Shown here: piece by piece, positions 20,701-29,371 of the stretch | Layout: each line of letters starts with the position of its first letter | How positions within the stretch are numbered: position 1 is the first letter of the stretch | Source: Bacillota bacterium | GTDB lineage: Bacteria; Bacillota; JACPQU01 | Assembly (NCBI GenBank): GCA_016190305.1 | Contig: JACPQU010000156.1 | Coordinates: 1 to 34,191, forward strand | Length of the DNA stretch: 34,191 nt | Direction of reading: 5' to 3' | The notes under the pieces: model-generated | Database searches by the model: none | The model's input: the letters and a program-made list of their open reading frames with translations, nothing else | Told to the model about the DNA's origin: nothing | Position numbers and translations under genes: made by a program

Positions 20701-21319
20701 GCGAATTGGTCAGCATCTCGTAAAAGACGACCCCGAGTGAGTAGAGGTCGGAGGTGAAGGCCACGATATGGTTGATGCGCCCGGTTTGTTCGGGGGAGGT
20801 ATAGGCCAGGGTGTCCTTGACAAAGGAGCGCTCGAAGATGAAGTGGCTGACGTCCCGCACGTCGACGGCGCTGATGAAGTCCGTCAGCCGGATATCCAGC
20901 GTGTCCGAGTTGACCAGGATGTTGTGCGGCTTGATGCCGCCGTGGATGATGCCCGCCTCGTGGATCTTGTCCAGGGCCTCGGCCAGTTGGCAGGCGATGG
21001 TGAAAAAATCTTTCAGGGAAAGAGGATGCGTCTCCCGCAGGTCGTCGAGCGCCATTCCGTCGAAAAAGTCCTGGCTGACAAAGCAGATGTCATCCTTGAC
21101 GTTGAACGCCGTGGGCGTGATCACGAAGGGATTCTTGAGCACCCGCAGGTGCTCGATCCGCTGGCTGAACTGGGCGATCTTATAGTTCGACAAAAAGAAG
21201 GCTTTCAAGACCTTCAACACCAGCAGCCGCTGCGGGTCTTTCTTGTGGTATGCCTTGTAGATCACGGCCTCCTTGCTTTCAGCGATCTTTTCGACAATTG
21301 CGTAATTCGGGATGATCAT
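14762..21319 (-). CDS. Giant Ser/Thr-kinase-like + P-loop ATPase + helical + GAF + 5xPAS protein ending in a coiled coil, no His-kinase domain
   Basis: YTSPEQTGR and SDLYSLG kinase subdomains, Walker A GLSGIGKT, Walker [33 protein letters not shown], five PAS/PAC, C-terminal [11 protein letters not shown]; AAGGAG RBS. Confidence 0.92.
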   Translation of the reverse strand: MIIPNYAIVEKIAESKEAVIYKAYHKKDPQRLLVLKVLKAFFLSNYKIAQFSQRIEHLRVLKNPFVITPTAFNVKDDICFVSQDFFDGMALDDLRETHPLSLKDFFTIACQLAEALDKIHEAGIIHGGIKPHNILVNSDTLDIRLTDFISAVDVRDVSHFIFERSFVKDTLAYTSPEQTGRINHIVAFTSDLYSLGVVFYEMLTNSLPFSSDDPLELIHSHLAEEAPEVHELNPEIPVILSKIISRLMLKAPEKRYQNASGLLADLVRCRDEYLAAGIIREFPLESSVYTHRVNFVSKMVGREEEAEIILEEYEKAAAGAFQSLFISGLSGIGKTRLIQDLQKPIVRHKGYFTSGKFDVYQKNIPYSSLIQALRNLMRTFLTESDERMVFWKKRILGAIGQNGRVLTEEIPELDLLIGPQPEVKPLPPVESLNRFHDTFDRFLTCLASKENPLTLFIDDLQWCDAASFDFLANIFANYQDHPYLFFLGAYRDNEVDSSHPLTRLIRNAKECGQPLEEIQLGPLKPQYCHEMVSYILDFSLAQTKALSDFISMLSDGNPLFVSESLSYLYNEDLLYFDDKRQWRWDIDKIRKSDMPNTVVALFNSKIQKLPLNLITLLEYCACMGNTFSPADIALINGMTLMETFEVLKPALGQGLLMENKGGRLQFIHDKVQEATLSNISAERRRQIHWQIGNHLLGTVADSVQEIESNEDLFAIVSHLNLGREGDLDNQTAYLLSDLNYHAGNKALDSLATSAANEYFDLSRELLPANCWEEEHYERTFRIFQKAAKTELMCGNYENSERLLTRLLDHAKTDLDKAECLAEQTTSLSSIGNFIKAIETANRGLAYFGKAIPDSPEEADRRLRELMAEIDTQEKDVWGTILNMPFTTDRRSKIELAFYSELIPDLYMSGMVPQLYLSAAQSTRHCLAGGMDESVIYSFSIMGLQLGEQGEFAQAFKYEDLARDLSAKYPNTFGATRGMNGIVWCNMHSRKSPWEIVDYCQRSIQCGKTCGDLYNAGLSYGPLMWNLQVQGANLCLIEDYAKECLQFSHRYHLSFSVGLAEAMQAGWIAPMKKDYAPISMEEKLRQWERDNHIASAGSYCVHMGLTHYYFGEYEQAQVFLNGVRRYLSGLTDNVLKRQWHVFLVLNALKMYERGIGFANQEELLADILPIITKVEQWAALGPLLKPYLAFLYAELERVTGSFKEARNLYLDAINSAHEQKYTFLEGYLHECLGEMLLHESQCSERIYFIEAVHLYKQCGAKRKEINLIERYPQYFDRDKTHSPQREMEGVAYTLSGETEKSLRSQFEVDSASYTLPNLDISYLMKSSLAISAEMEQDALLKKIMNVVIESSGAQHGYLLIAEEGNLFIRAESHITEKEVVKTSNKKLEDAADICKAIVRYVYRTGERVILDNACQEGMFKDKPEVQELTLCSVLCLPVIKQSKMIGILYLENRLSDGVFTSGKTQMTELLTSQAAISLENSRLVREDLLERMRAEEQLRAASLYSRSLIEASLDPFVTISPEGKITDVNEATVKVTGILRDKLIGTDFSDYFTEPDKAREGYQQVFEKGFVTDYPLVIRNWDGNLVDVLYNASVYKDMRGNVAGVFAAARDVTVQQQTSQYARSLIEASLDPLVTISPEGKITDVNEATVKVTGIPRDKLIGTDFSDYFTEPDKAREGYQQVFDKGFVTDYPLVIRNRDGNLTDVLYNASVYKDVRGNVIGVFAAARDVTAQQQTSQYARSLVEVNLDPLVTISPEGKITDVNEATVKVTGVPRDRLIGTDFSDYFTEPDKAREGYLKVFEKGFVTDYPLVIRNRDANLTDVLYNASVYKDVRGNVLGVFAAARDVTESNKVMRELAETKNLLDNILESSTKYSIIGKDLNYRILSWNEGAVRNYGYEAEEIIGMSSSILHAPEDLASGAVDQMLKIAFEEGLAEGEFVRVRKNGSRFIASVVVTRRNDAAGNPLGYLLMSTDISEKKQAEEQLRQASLYARSLIEASLDPFVTISAEGKITDVNEATVDVTGIPRDRLIGTDFSDYFTEPDKARKGYEQVFSKGYVMNYSLTIRHKDDRFTDVLYNASVYRDAQENILGVFAAARDITTQKEAEAKIAEQRAREEQRARELERQAELERFQKLTVGRELKMIELKKEIEELQRENSLIRKASAPMDTSLKEVAVAQEVAVAQDEA
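15761..16813 (-). repeat. Three tandem 351-bp PAS-coding repeats, with a fourth copy starting at 15355
   Basis: Y(S/A)RSL(I/V)E..LDP starts at 16813, 16462 and 16111 (exact 351-nt period) and again at 15355. Confidence 0.92.
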
Positions 21320-21425
21320 TTTTGCTTCTCCTTATATGAAAATTCCCCGGAATCACGGGGCATTACGCCATTATCAGTCATTTATCGACATTTTTTGTCA
21401 AAGTATATGGTTATTGCTGAGTATA

Positions 21426-21439
21426 TTGATGGATATCAA
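21426..21439. promoter_or_regulatory. FNR-type palindrome upstream of the signalling cassette
   Basis: TTGAT-GGAT-ATCAA; minus-strand TATACT hexamers at 21402-21407 and 21420-21425. Confidence 0.4.
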
Positions 21440-21626
21440 TGTGATTACATTTTTTCTGCATGGCAAAATTCAACGCTCCGGCATAAATTGTGCTTTTCTT
21501 GGCTATCTCATTTCAAAAAAACACGCTAATAAGCAGACCTAATATCTAAAAATGATGGTTTTAAATTCTACTGGAATTACTTTCCTCCTTCGGTGAATCA
21601 TAACTACTATTGTCGAAACGTAGGTT

Positions 21627-21800
21627 CATTTAAGACGCTTGACCTCTTCTACCACGGACTGGTCCGCCGTGTTGCCGGGCCAGACCCAGCATCGCACCGG
21701 GATCCCTTCCCGGGTGACCGCAAGCCGATTACCGCCTCGGCCAGTTCCGGGTGGTTGTCCTTACTGTAGCCGTGCTTGCGGAGACCTTCTGCCGCCTCCG
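21627..21800 (-). mobile_element. IS1634-family-like transposase internal fragment, frameshifted
   Basis: Minus strand LRKHGYSKDNHPELAEAVIG, 1-nt frameshift, then AVTREGIPVRCWVWPGNTADQSVVEEVK; matches the G-x-SKD...G(I/F)P...GNTAD pattern. Confidence 0.8.
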
Positions 21801-21819
21801 CTGGCAGACAAGAGGATCG

Positions 21820-22630
21820 AGGGGCAGTGGCGACTTGCCGGTCATGCCGATTCACAGGTGGCTCTTCAGCAAGATCAAGATGGTCGCGGGGCGGGAGGAG
21901 TTCCTGGTCCGTGAGATGACCAGCCGCTTCGGGGCTGCAGCGGGCAGGATGGCCGAAGACATCCTGAGCAAGTATGATCCCCCCGCCGACGACCTGCAGT
22001 TGGAGATAGAAGCCCAGGAGATGTCCATCCAAAACTGGCTCTACAGCCAGATCGCCGCCGTCGAGACGAGGGAAGGCGCAGCGGTCAAGGCCTCCGAGGA
22101 AAAGCTGGGCGACGCGGGGATCCAAGCGATGCGCGAGATCTACCGGGATCACGGGCGGAATACTGACGAAGCGCTCCGCGAAGGCCCGACAGGATCCAAA
22201 AATCCGATGGGGGTCCAGGAAACCTTCGGCCTTCTGCAGAACTGTTTCCTGGACGGGATGCCCTGCGACCAGGTCGTCGAGGTGGCCCAGGCCTCCGTGA
22301 ACCGCATCGAGTGGCACCACGTCGATTGTCTGCACCTCGAGCACTGGAAAGAGACCGGGGTCTCGGGGAAAACGATGTGTTCCTTGCTGGGGGATTGGCT
22401 CCAAGGGTTCGCCGCGGGGCTCAACCCGGGGATCGCCCATCAGCGGAAGGCCGCCATCGTCAACGGCTCCCAGTCCTGCATCGACGTGTACGAACAGGCA
22501 AGTTGAAGAAACTCCCTGCAGAATAACCAGGAACGCGAGTACGAAAACACTCAGGAATCGAAGTATTTATATAACGTAGTGTTGATATGCTATATTGATC
22601 CGGGGTCCCGCTGACGGCGTGGGCCCCTTC
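21820..22630 (+). repeat. Long direct repeat, copy 2 (partner 9169-9945)
   Basis: Same 5' boundary, CDS and downstream hairpin (22596-22625). Confidence 0.95.
21844..22506 (+). CDS. Conserved Cys-rich V4R/ATC-hydrolase-like protein (copy 2)
   Basis: Paralog of 9193-9852; manual alignment gives 26 substitutions and 1 indel over 220 aa. Confidence 0.7.
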   Translation: MPIHRWLFSKIKMVAGREEFLVREMTSRFGAAAGRMAEDILSKYDPPADDLQLEIEAQEMSIQNWLYSQIAAVETREGAAVKASEEKLGDAGIQAMREIYRDHGRNTDEALREGPTGSKNPMGVQETFGLLQNCFLDGMPCDQVVEVAQASVNRIEWHHVDCLHLEHWKETGVSGKTMCSLLGDWLQGFAAGLNPGIAHQRKAAIVNGSQSCIDVYEQAS

Positions 22631-22640
22631 TCTTTTTCTG
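22602..22640 (+). terminator. Probable intrinsic terminator
   Basis: GGGGTCCCGC-TGACG-GCGTGGGCCCC followed by TTCTCTTTTT; a homologous hairpin lies at about 9918-9950. Confidence 0.55.
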
Positions 22641-22655
22641 TCTTCCTTAACACGC

Positions 22656-22685
22656 TTGACCGCCGCCAGGACAAATGTTTACAAT
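22656..22685 (+). promoter_or_regulatory. Possible sigma-A promoter for the symporter-oxidoreductase operon
   Basis: TTGACC-N18-TACAAT; direct repeats TTCTTATG at 22722 and 22733 downstream. Confidence 0.45.
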
Positions 22686-23020
22686 ATTACCATAAATCAC
22701 CTTTTTCAATAACTTGTCTTATTCTTATGTGGTTCTTATGAGATCACTTGCAGAGGACTGTTACTTCTCCGGCTTAGATATTGCCACTTTCCCCGCTGTC
22801 AGGCTGCAAGAACTTCCACCAGGCGCGCATCCGGCACATAATCCCGCAACCTGATTTGCGACCACTACACATCCTTTTAAACCGTCCGCTCATAAAACCG
22901 CACCCAGGGTGGATCCGGTCAGGGGGTGATGTCAAGAAAGTTGAACCGGTCAGAACAGGCCTTGTCAGACCGGTTCTCAAGGTAATACATCCAGGAACCG
23001 TTAAAAAAGGGGGTATCAGC

Positions 23021-23239
23021 TTGTCGAGGAAAGCTTGGCTCGTTCCTTTCGCTGTGATCTTTCTTCTCATCCTTACCTTCGCGGGGCCCGGGATCAATGC
23101 TTCCATGATCGGCGGCGCCATTCCGGCCTGGATGGTCTACGTGATTGCGCTTTACGCGATCCTTTCCTTGACCTCCGGCCTCTTCACGGCCTACGCCTGG
23201 CCGAAGAAGATCGAAGAGTTCGAGAAGAGGGGTGAGTAG
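23021..23239 (+). CDS. Small 2-TM symporter accessory protein (DUF3311/DUF485-like)
   Basis: TTG at 23021 after AAGGGGG; 72 aa with two hydrophobic segments; overlaps the symporter start. The ORF-track start at 22781 is probably too far upstream. Confidence 0.7.
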   Translation: MSRKAWLVPFAVIFLLILTFAGPGINASMIGGAIPAWMVYVIALYAILSLTSGLFTAYAWPKKIEEFEKRGE

Positions 23240-24758
23240 CTTGAACACAGCTGTAGGGATCTTCATCCTACTGCTCTTCTTCGCCATACTCCTTGCGAAA
23301 GGGATCCTGGCCAACCGGGTCAGTTCCAAGACAGTGGAAGATTACTACGTCGCGAACCGCACCCTGGGACCCTTCATCCTGGTCATGACCTCGTATGCCA
23401 GCCTGGTCAGCGCCTTCCTTTTCATCGGGGTCCCAGGCATGGTCTATAATCTGGGGCCCGGATTGATCGGCGCCATGACCCCGGGGACCATCGCCGCCGG
23501 GCTTGGCTTCTACCTGATCGGAGTCCGGGTCTGGATGCTGGGTAAGAAATACGGGTACCTGACACCGGTCGATCTCTTCCGGGAGCGCTTCGAGAGCCGG
23601 GCCCTGGCTGTGATCATGTTCGTAGTCATCGTTCTTTTCACCCTTCCCTTTATGGCCCTGCAGCCGATGGGGGCCGGACACTTCATCAACGCCCTCACCG
23701 GCGGAGCCATTCCCTACTACGCGGGTGCTGCCATAACCACCGTGATCCTGGTGGTCTACGTGCTCTTGGCCGGCATGCGCGGGGTGGCCTGGACCGACGC
23801 CCTCCAGGGATCCCTGCTTTTCATCTTCCTCTGGATCACCCTTTTCGCCATCGCCGGGGAAGCGGGAGGGTTCGCGGAAGGGGCCCGAAGGGCGGCCGAG
23901 GCGACCCCCAACTTCTTCGCACGGCAGGGGCCGACCGGGTTCTGGAACCCCAGGGCCATCTGGACCTGGTTCTTCGTGTTTTGTTTCTCCAGCGTGATGC
24001 AGCCCCATATCTTCGCGCGCTTCTATGCCGCCCGCTCCACCAGGACTATCAAGTCCCTGGTGACCTTCTGGCCTCTGATCATCGCATCCACCTACATCCC
24101 GGCGGTGCTGATCGGGGTCTACGGTAAGGTCGTCCTCCCGGGGCTAAAACAGGCCGACCAGTTGGTCCCGAAGTTCGTGGTTGAGTACCTGCCGGCCTGG
24201 CTGGGCGCCCTGATCTTCATCGGCGCCCTCTCGGCTATGATGTCAACGGTGGACTCCCAGTTCCTCGCCCTGGGTTCTATGGTCAAGCGTGACTTCTGGG
24301 AACCCCTGACCGGAAGGAAGGTCGATTCCAGGGATGAGCTCAAGATCAGCCGCTGGTCCATCGGGATCATCGCCGTAATCATCCTGATCCTGGCTTATAA
24401 ACCACCGGCCATGATCGGTATGCTAGGGGCCGCCACCTTTGCGGTCGTTGCCGTCCTGATGCCGGTGGCCGTCGGAGCCCTCTACTGGAAGCGGGCCACG
24501 GCGGTCGGATGCATCGTCTCCATCTTCAGCGGTACAGCGATTATCGGGGGCACCTACCTGAACTTCATCCCGAGGGCGGTGTGGGGAGGCTGGGATCCCT
24601 CCGGGCCGGGCCTCCTCGCAGCCGCCGTGACCATGGTGGTGGTTTCCCTCATCACCAAGGCCCCGGGTCAGGCCACTCTCGACAAGTTCTTCAAGTTCGT
24701 GGAGCCCTACTACGAGGAGCCCGCCGGAGCCAAAGCCGGCCGGTCGATCGCGAAGTAG
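23232..24758 (+). CDS. Sodium:solute symporter family protein
   Basis: DYYVANRTLG, SAFLFIGVPG, GMRGVAWTDALQG, SAMMSTVDSQ, ALYWKRAT; many TM segments. Confidence 0.95.
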   Translation: MSSLNTAVGIFILLLFFAILLAKGILANRVSSKTVEDYYVANRTLGPFILVMTSYASLVSAFLFIGVPGMVYNLGPGLIGAMTPGTIAAGLGFYLIGVRVWMLGKKYGYLTPVDLFRERFESRALAVIMFVVIVLFTLPFMALQPMGAGHFINALTGGAIPYYAGAAITTVILVVYVLLAGMRGVAWTDALQGSLLFIFLWITLFAIAGEAGGFAEGARRAAEATPNFFARQGPTGFWNPRAIWTWFFVFCFSSVMQPHIFARFYAARSTRTIKSLVTFWPLIIASTYIPAVLIGVYGKVVLPGLKQADQLVPKFVVEYLPAWLGALIFIGALSAMMSTVDSQFLALGSMVKRDFWEPLTGRKVDSRDELKISRWSIGIIAVIILILAYKPPAMIGMLGAATFAVVAVLMPVAVGALYWKRATAVGCIVSIFSGTAIIGGTYLNFIPRAVWGGWDPSGPGLLAAAVTMVVVSLITKAPGQATLDKFFKFVEPYYEEPAGAKAGRSIAK

Positions 24759-24855
24759 GACCTGGTCACCCGGTTCGAGAACTAAAGGTGCGCGGCTTGC
24801 TCTCCGGAGCGGGCCGCGCACTTGTATCACAGCGGCAGGAGGCGGTAGAGAGAAT

Positions 24856-27800
24856 ATGTCCAAGGTGTCTTTCCGGTTGAACGGTGCGCCCCACGTAGCG
24901 GAGTACGTGCCGGGCACCACCCTGCTCCGATACCTTCGCGACGGACTTCATCTCACTGGTACCAAGGAAGCATGCTCCAGGGGCGAATGCGGGAGCTGTA
25001 CGGTGATCGTCGACGGCAGGCCCCGGCAGGCTTGCGTCCTGGGGATGAAGGAACTGGAGGGAACCTCGGTGGAGACCATCGAGGGCCTCTCCGTCACGAC
25101 CGGAAACCTCCACCCCCTGCAACAGGGCTTCATCGACGCCGGGGCGGTCCAGTGCGGCTATTGCACTCCGGGGATGATCATGGCCGCCAAGACCCTGCTC
25201 GACCGGAATCCCGATCCCACCCCCGGAGAGATCAAGGAGGCCGTGGCCGGAAATTACTGCCGCTGCACCGGCTACGCCCGGATCGTCGAGGCGGTGCAGC
25301 GGGGGGCGGCGATCATGCGGGGCCGGGGCGAACTTCCGCGCTCCCGGGACGAAGAGCTTCCCGGTCCGAAAGCGCCCGCGCCCGGCGCTTCGTTTCCGGC
25401 CTTTGGAACTGAGTTTCCAGTCTCCGGTACTTCTTTTATAAGCAAGGATCTTCCCGAGCGCGCCTCCGGGCGGCTTCTGTTCACGGACGATCTCTACCGG
25501 GAAAACCAGCTCGTCGCGCGTCCCCTTCTGGCGGCCCATCCGCACGCGGTTATCGAGCATCTTGATACCCGCGAGGCCATGGCCGTCCCCGGGGTGGCGG
25601 GGATCCTGACCTCGGCCGATGTCCCGGGACCGAACCGGTTCGGCCGGTTCGTGAAGGATCGCCCGCTCCTGGCCGACGGGCGAGTGCGTTTCATCGGGGA
25701 GCCGGTCGCCGTGGTCCTCGCCGGGAACCACCGGGCAGCGGACGAGGCCCTGAAGAAAATAAAGATCACTTACCGCTCTCTTCCGGTCATCTCCAGCCCG
25801 GAGGAGGCCCTGGCCGAGGGGGCGCCCCTGGTGCACGAATGGGGCCCGGTGGCGGCGCGGGCCACCGTCCGGGGCGGCGACGCTGCCGGCCGCTTCGCCT
25901 CCTCTCACGTGGTCATGGAGCGCTCCTATCGCGCCCCGTTCCAGGCCCACGGCTACATGGAGACGGAGACAGCCGCGGCCGAGCCCGACGGGGAGGGCGG
26001 CGTGATCATCTGGTCGCCCACCCAGGTTCCGACCTACGTCCAGGGCGTCCTGTCCGACAATCTCCTGCTCCCCAGGGAGAAGATCCGGATCAAGACCATG
26101 CCGGTGGGCGGCGCCTTCGGCGGGAAGAACGACGTCATGCTCGAGGCATTCGTGGCCCTGGGCGCCTTGAAGACCGGCCGCCCGGTGAAGATGGCCTTCA
26201 ACCGGGGGGAATCCCTTCGCTTCGGCACCAAGGCCAACGCCGTCTCCCTGTGGCTGAAGACCGGGGCGACCAGGGACGGAAAGCTCACCGCGCTCCAGGG
26301 CCGGATGATCATGGACTCCGGGGCCTACGCCGCCGTCTCCCCCCTCGTCGCCCAGCAGGTGGCCATCCTGTCCAACGGCCCTTACCTCTGGTCCGACCTT
26401 GACCTGGAGGTCGTAGCCGTGACCACCAACAACCTCATCGGCAGCGCCCTCCGGGGATTCTGCAGCGAGCGGTTCCAGTTCGGGGTTGAAACCCAGTTGG
26501 AACTGATGGCGGAGGAGCTGGGCATCGATCCCCTGGAGTTCCGGATCCGAAACGTGGTCCGGGAGGGGTCCCGCCTCCCCACCGGGCAGGTCCTGACCGG
26601 AAAGATCTCCGCAGCCCGGTGCCTGGAAAAGCTGGGGGAGATCCTGGCGGGTGCCGGAAAAGGTGCCGGGAGCGGAAACGAAACGGGAACGCCCGTACCG
26701 GGCCCCGGCAAACGGATCGGGGTGGGGATCGGCTGCTCCATGAAGAGCGTCGGGGTCGGCCTCGGTTTCAAAGAGTCGGTGGATACGGTCATTGAGCTGG
26801 TCCCTGGAGAGACGCGAGGGTCCGGCTGGGCCGGCGGGGCCAACGAGTCCGGCAGAACCGGCGGGGCCGGAAATGCCAGGGGGGCCGGAGCTGAGCTGTA
26901 CATAACCACCTCGGTGGTGGACCTGGGGCAGGGGGTCAGCACGGTGCTGCCCCAGATCGTCTCCGCCGTCACCGGGATCCGTCCGGACCGGATCCGCATC
27001 TTCCACGCCGACACCGCCGTGGTGGGCGGGGCCTTCGGGGCCGCCCAGCGCCAGACCTACATGGTGGGGAACGCCGTCGTGGAAACGGCGGAGCGTTTCC
27101 TGTCCGTTCTGAAGGAATTCGTGGATGCCGAAACGGGGATTCAGTCGGAAAGCGTCCGGATCCTCGGAGACCGGGTGGCCGCCCGGATCGATGGGGAGGA
27201 GCGGATGCTCATGACCCTTGCTCAGCTACCCGCCCTCGCTGAGAAACGTGGTTTTGATCTCCGGGTCACCCACCGCTACGAGGGCCCCCTGACCTCTTCT
27301 CCCTGGGTCGAGGTGGACGTCTCGGGTCCCGTCCAGAGCTGGTCCGCCTACGATACGGAGGACGGCGGCACCATTAAAACCGATGTCGCCGGCGGCACCG
27401 GCGGCAGTGTAACCGGAGTCCCGCAGCATGCCCTCGCCGGGGAAACGCTTGCCGGGAAATCACCCCACTACATGGCCCTCACCTTTTACGTGCAGGCGGC
27501 GATCGTCGAGGTGGACGAGGCGACGGGCAAGGTCCGCCCCCACAAGATCATCGTCGTCCAGGATTCAGGGCGCGCCCTGAACCCCGACCGTATCCGGGCC
27601 AACATGGAGGGGGGCTGCGTGATGGGAACCGGGATGGCCCTGGCGGAGGAAATGGTCATGAAGGATGGACGGCTGCTCACCGACACCTTCCGCAAGATGC
27701 ACCTGCCCACCATCGCGGATGCCCCGGAGGTGGAGGTGTACCTCGTGGAGGAGCCCGATCCCCACGGCCCGTTCGGCGCCAAGGGCCTGGCCGAGGGATC

Positions 27801-28005
27801 TCTGGTCGCCACCATCCCGGCGGTGCTCAATGCCGTCTGCAACGCCACCGGGAGCCGGATCTACGAGTTCCCGGCGACCCCGGAGCGGGTGATGGAGAGC
27901 CTGAGGGAGGGCTCCCCTGAGGCGGCAGGCGACTCTTCCCGAGGAACCATTCCAGAGGATTCCTCCCCAATAAAAGAGGACTTCACGCCAGGGGAAACCT
28001 GCTGA
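24856..28005 (+). CDS. Fused [2Fe-2S] + molybdopterin xanthine/aldehyde oxidoreductase family protein (Mop-like, no FAD domain)
   Basis: TGTKEACSRGECGSCTV, QCGYCTPG, NYCRCTGY, HGYMETE, VGGAFGGK, DLGQG, PFGAKGLAE. Confidence 0.93.
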   Translation: MSKVSFRLNGAPHVAEYVPGTTLLRYLRDGLHLTGTKEACSRGECGSCTVIVDGRPRQACVLGMKELEGTSVETIEGLSVTTGNLHPLQQGFIDAGAVQCGYCTPGMIMAAKTLLDRNPDPTPGEIKEAVAGNYCRCTGYARIVEAVQRGAAIMRGRGELPRSRDEELPGPKAPAPGASFPAFGTEFPVSGTSFISKDLPERASGRLLFTDDLYRENQLVARPLLAAHPHAVIEHLDTREAMAVPGVAGILTSADVPGPNRFGRFVKDRPLLADGRVRFIGEPVAVVLAGNHRAADEALKKIKITYRSLPVISSPEEALAEGAPLVHEWGPVAARATVRGGDAAGRFASSHVVMERSYRAPFQAHGYMETETAAAEPDGEGGVIIWSPTQVPTYVQGVLSDNLLLPREKIRIKTMPVGGAFGGKNDVMLEAFVALGALKTGRPVKMAFNRGESLRFGTKANAVSLWLKTGATRDGKLTALQGRMIMDSGAYAAVSPLVAQQVAILSNGPYLWSDLDLEVVAVTTNNLIGSALRGFCSERFQFGVETQLELMAEELGIDPLEFRIRNVVREGSRLPTGQVLTGKISAARCLEKLGEILAGAGKGAGSGNETGTPVPGPGKRIGVGIGCSMKSVGVGLGFKESVDTVIELVPGETRGSGWAGGANESGRTGGAGNARGAGAELYITTSVVDLGQGVSTVLPQIVSAVTGIRPDRIRIFHADTAVVGGAFGAAQRQTYMVGNAVVETAERFLSVLKEFVDAETGIQSESVRILGDRVAARIDGEERMLMTLAQLPALAEKRGFDLRVTHRYEGPLTSSPWVEVDVSGPVQSWSAYDTEDGGTIKTDVAGGTGGSVTGVPQHALAGETLAGKSPHYMALTFYVQAAIVEVDEATGKVRPHKIIVVQDSGRALNPDRIRANMEGGCVMGTGMALAEEMVMKDGRLLTDTFRKMHLPTIADAPEVEVYLVEEPDPHGPFGAKGLAEGSLVATIPAVLNAVCNATGSRIYEFPATPERVMESLREGSPEAAGDSSRGTIPEDSSPIKEDFTPGETC

Positions 28006-28032
28006 AAGCTGAAAGGCACCCCCTGGAAAAAG

Positions 28033-28079
28033 GGACATCCCCCCGGGCACGGGAACGGACAGCAGCCGGGGGGATGTCC
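28033..28079. terminator. Inverted repeat between convergent genes
   Basis: GGACATCCCCCCGG ... CCGGGGGGATGTCC. Confidence 0.6.
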
Positions 28080-28121
28080 TATGGAGTTGATTTCAAACAG
28101 CGGATTCAAAGAGCTTGTATT

Positions 28122-29297
28122 TCAGGGCTCGACCACAATCGTGCCGTGCATACCGGCTTCGTAGTGGCCCGGGATCCGGCAAGCCAGTTCGTACGTGCCC
28201 GCTTGCGTGGGGATCAGGTACAGATCCACCTGCTCTCCCTCGAAAACCTCGATCTCATTGAAGGTCGGACCTTTGACCTCGCTCATTATGTCCTGGGCTT
28301 TGCGGACCGCCGCGGTGCGGAAGAACTCGGCGGCGTCGGCCTCGTGTTTGACCGTGCCCTTGTTGATCAGTTGCAGCTTATACGGGACGCCGACCTTGAG
28401 GGGCACGTCCTGGGGCTTGAAGTACATTTCGCCCACTTCGATATCCACCGTCTGCAAGCTCTTCCAATCAGCCGCCTGCACCCGGGCTTCCGCATCCACC
28501 ACGTTTGTCACCGTGGAGACCTTGCCGAGCTCGATCCGGGGCGAACTGGGCGCGGCGCCGGTCACGGTGATCGTCCCGAACATGCCGGCTTCCTTATGCC
28601 CCGGGATCTCGCAGACCAGTTCGTAGGTCCCCGGGATCAGCGGCACAAAGTAGAGGTCCGTCCGTTCACCGGCGAAAACCTCGATCTCCGTGGCGTAGGG
28701 CAGCTTGAATTCGCCCTGGTCGTCCTGCACCTTCCGCAGGGCGATGGAACGGTAGAACTGTCCGGCCGTGAACTCGTGCTTCACCGCGCCGATGTTGTGG
28801 ATTTCGAGCTTGTAAGGCTTTCCCGCTTCGAAGGTAAGGTTCTTGGGCGTGAAGGCCATCTCGCTCAGATCCACGCGCGCCGTCTCCATCTGTTTCCAGT
28901 CGGCGGCGGCCACGAAGTCAGCGGCGTTGGCCACGTATTCGTCATCGGCCACACCGCTCACGGCAGCCGGGAAGGTCACATCGGAGAGGTCAGCCCCCTT
29001 CGGCCCGACTACCACGGTCTGGGTGTCCGCATTCCACCGCACCTGCACATCCAGGGCCTCGGCGATGAAGCGGATCGGCACCATGGTGCGGCCGTTGATG
29101 ATGACCGGAGCGGCATCCAGATCCATCGGCTGGTCATCCACCGCGGCCTTCTGGCTGCCGAGCTTGAGGACGACGATCTTCTGGCCGGACGGCGCCGTTT
29201 CGGCGCTCACCATACCGATAGCAATCAGGGACAAGCCCAGGATTAAAATGCAGATCGGAATCAGCGCACTTCTCTTTAATCTCATCTTTGAACTCAT
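28122..29297 (-). CDS. Exported protein: copper-amine-oxidase-N/stalk domain plus two type-1 cupredoxin domains
   Basis: Signal peptide, APVIINGRTMVPIRFIAEAL, then KHEF...CEIPGHKEAGM and KHEA...CRIPGHYEAGM; AAGGAG RBS. Confidence 0.88.
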   Translation of the reverse strand: MSSKMRLKRSALIPICILILGLSLIAIGMVSAETAPSGQKIVVLKLGSQKAAVDDQPMDLDAAPVIINGRTMVPIRFIAEALDVQVRWNADTQTVVVGPKGADLSDVTFPAAVSGVADDEYVANAADFVAAADWKQMETARVDLSEMAFTPKNLTFEAGKPYKLEIHNIGAVKHEFTAGQFYRSIALRKVQDDQGEFKLPYATEIEVFAGERTDLYFVPLIPGTYELVCEIPGHKEAGMFGTITVTGAAPSSPRIELGKVSTVTNVVDAEARVQAADWKSLQTVDIEVGEMYFKPQDVPLKVGVPYKLQLINKGTVKHEADAAEFFRTAAVRKAQDIMSEVKGPTFNEIEVFEGEQVDLYLIPTQAGTYELACRIPGHYEAGMHGTIVVEP

Positions 29298-29371
29298 GGT
29301 TCACTCTCCTTTCTGAGTGGAAAACAGCAGGGTGACCCTTCAGGTTCCGGTACAGACGGCCGGAATCCGAT

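Noticed and set aside
21751-21834. N-terminal extension of paralog copy 2 (and 9088-9183 of copy 1)
   Set aside because: Homology between the copies begins only at the RBS region, and this stretch overlaps the transposase remnant.
22690-23020. Purine riboswitch or sigma-54 promoter ahead of the oxidoreductase operon
   Set aside because: No purine aptamer core was visible; the GGCAC...GC candidate near 22833 is one base off the -24/-12 spacing.
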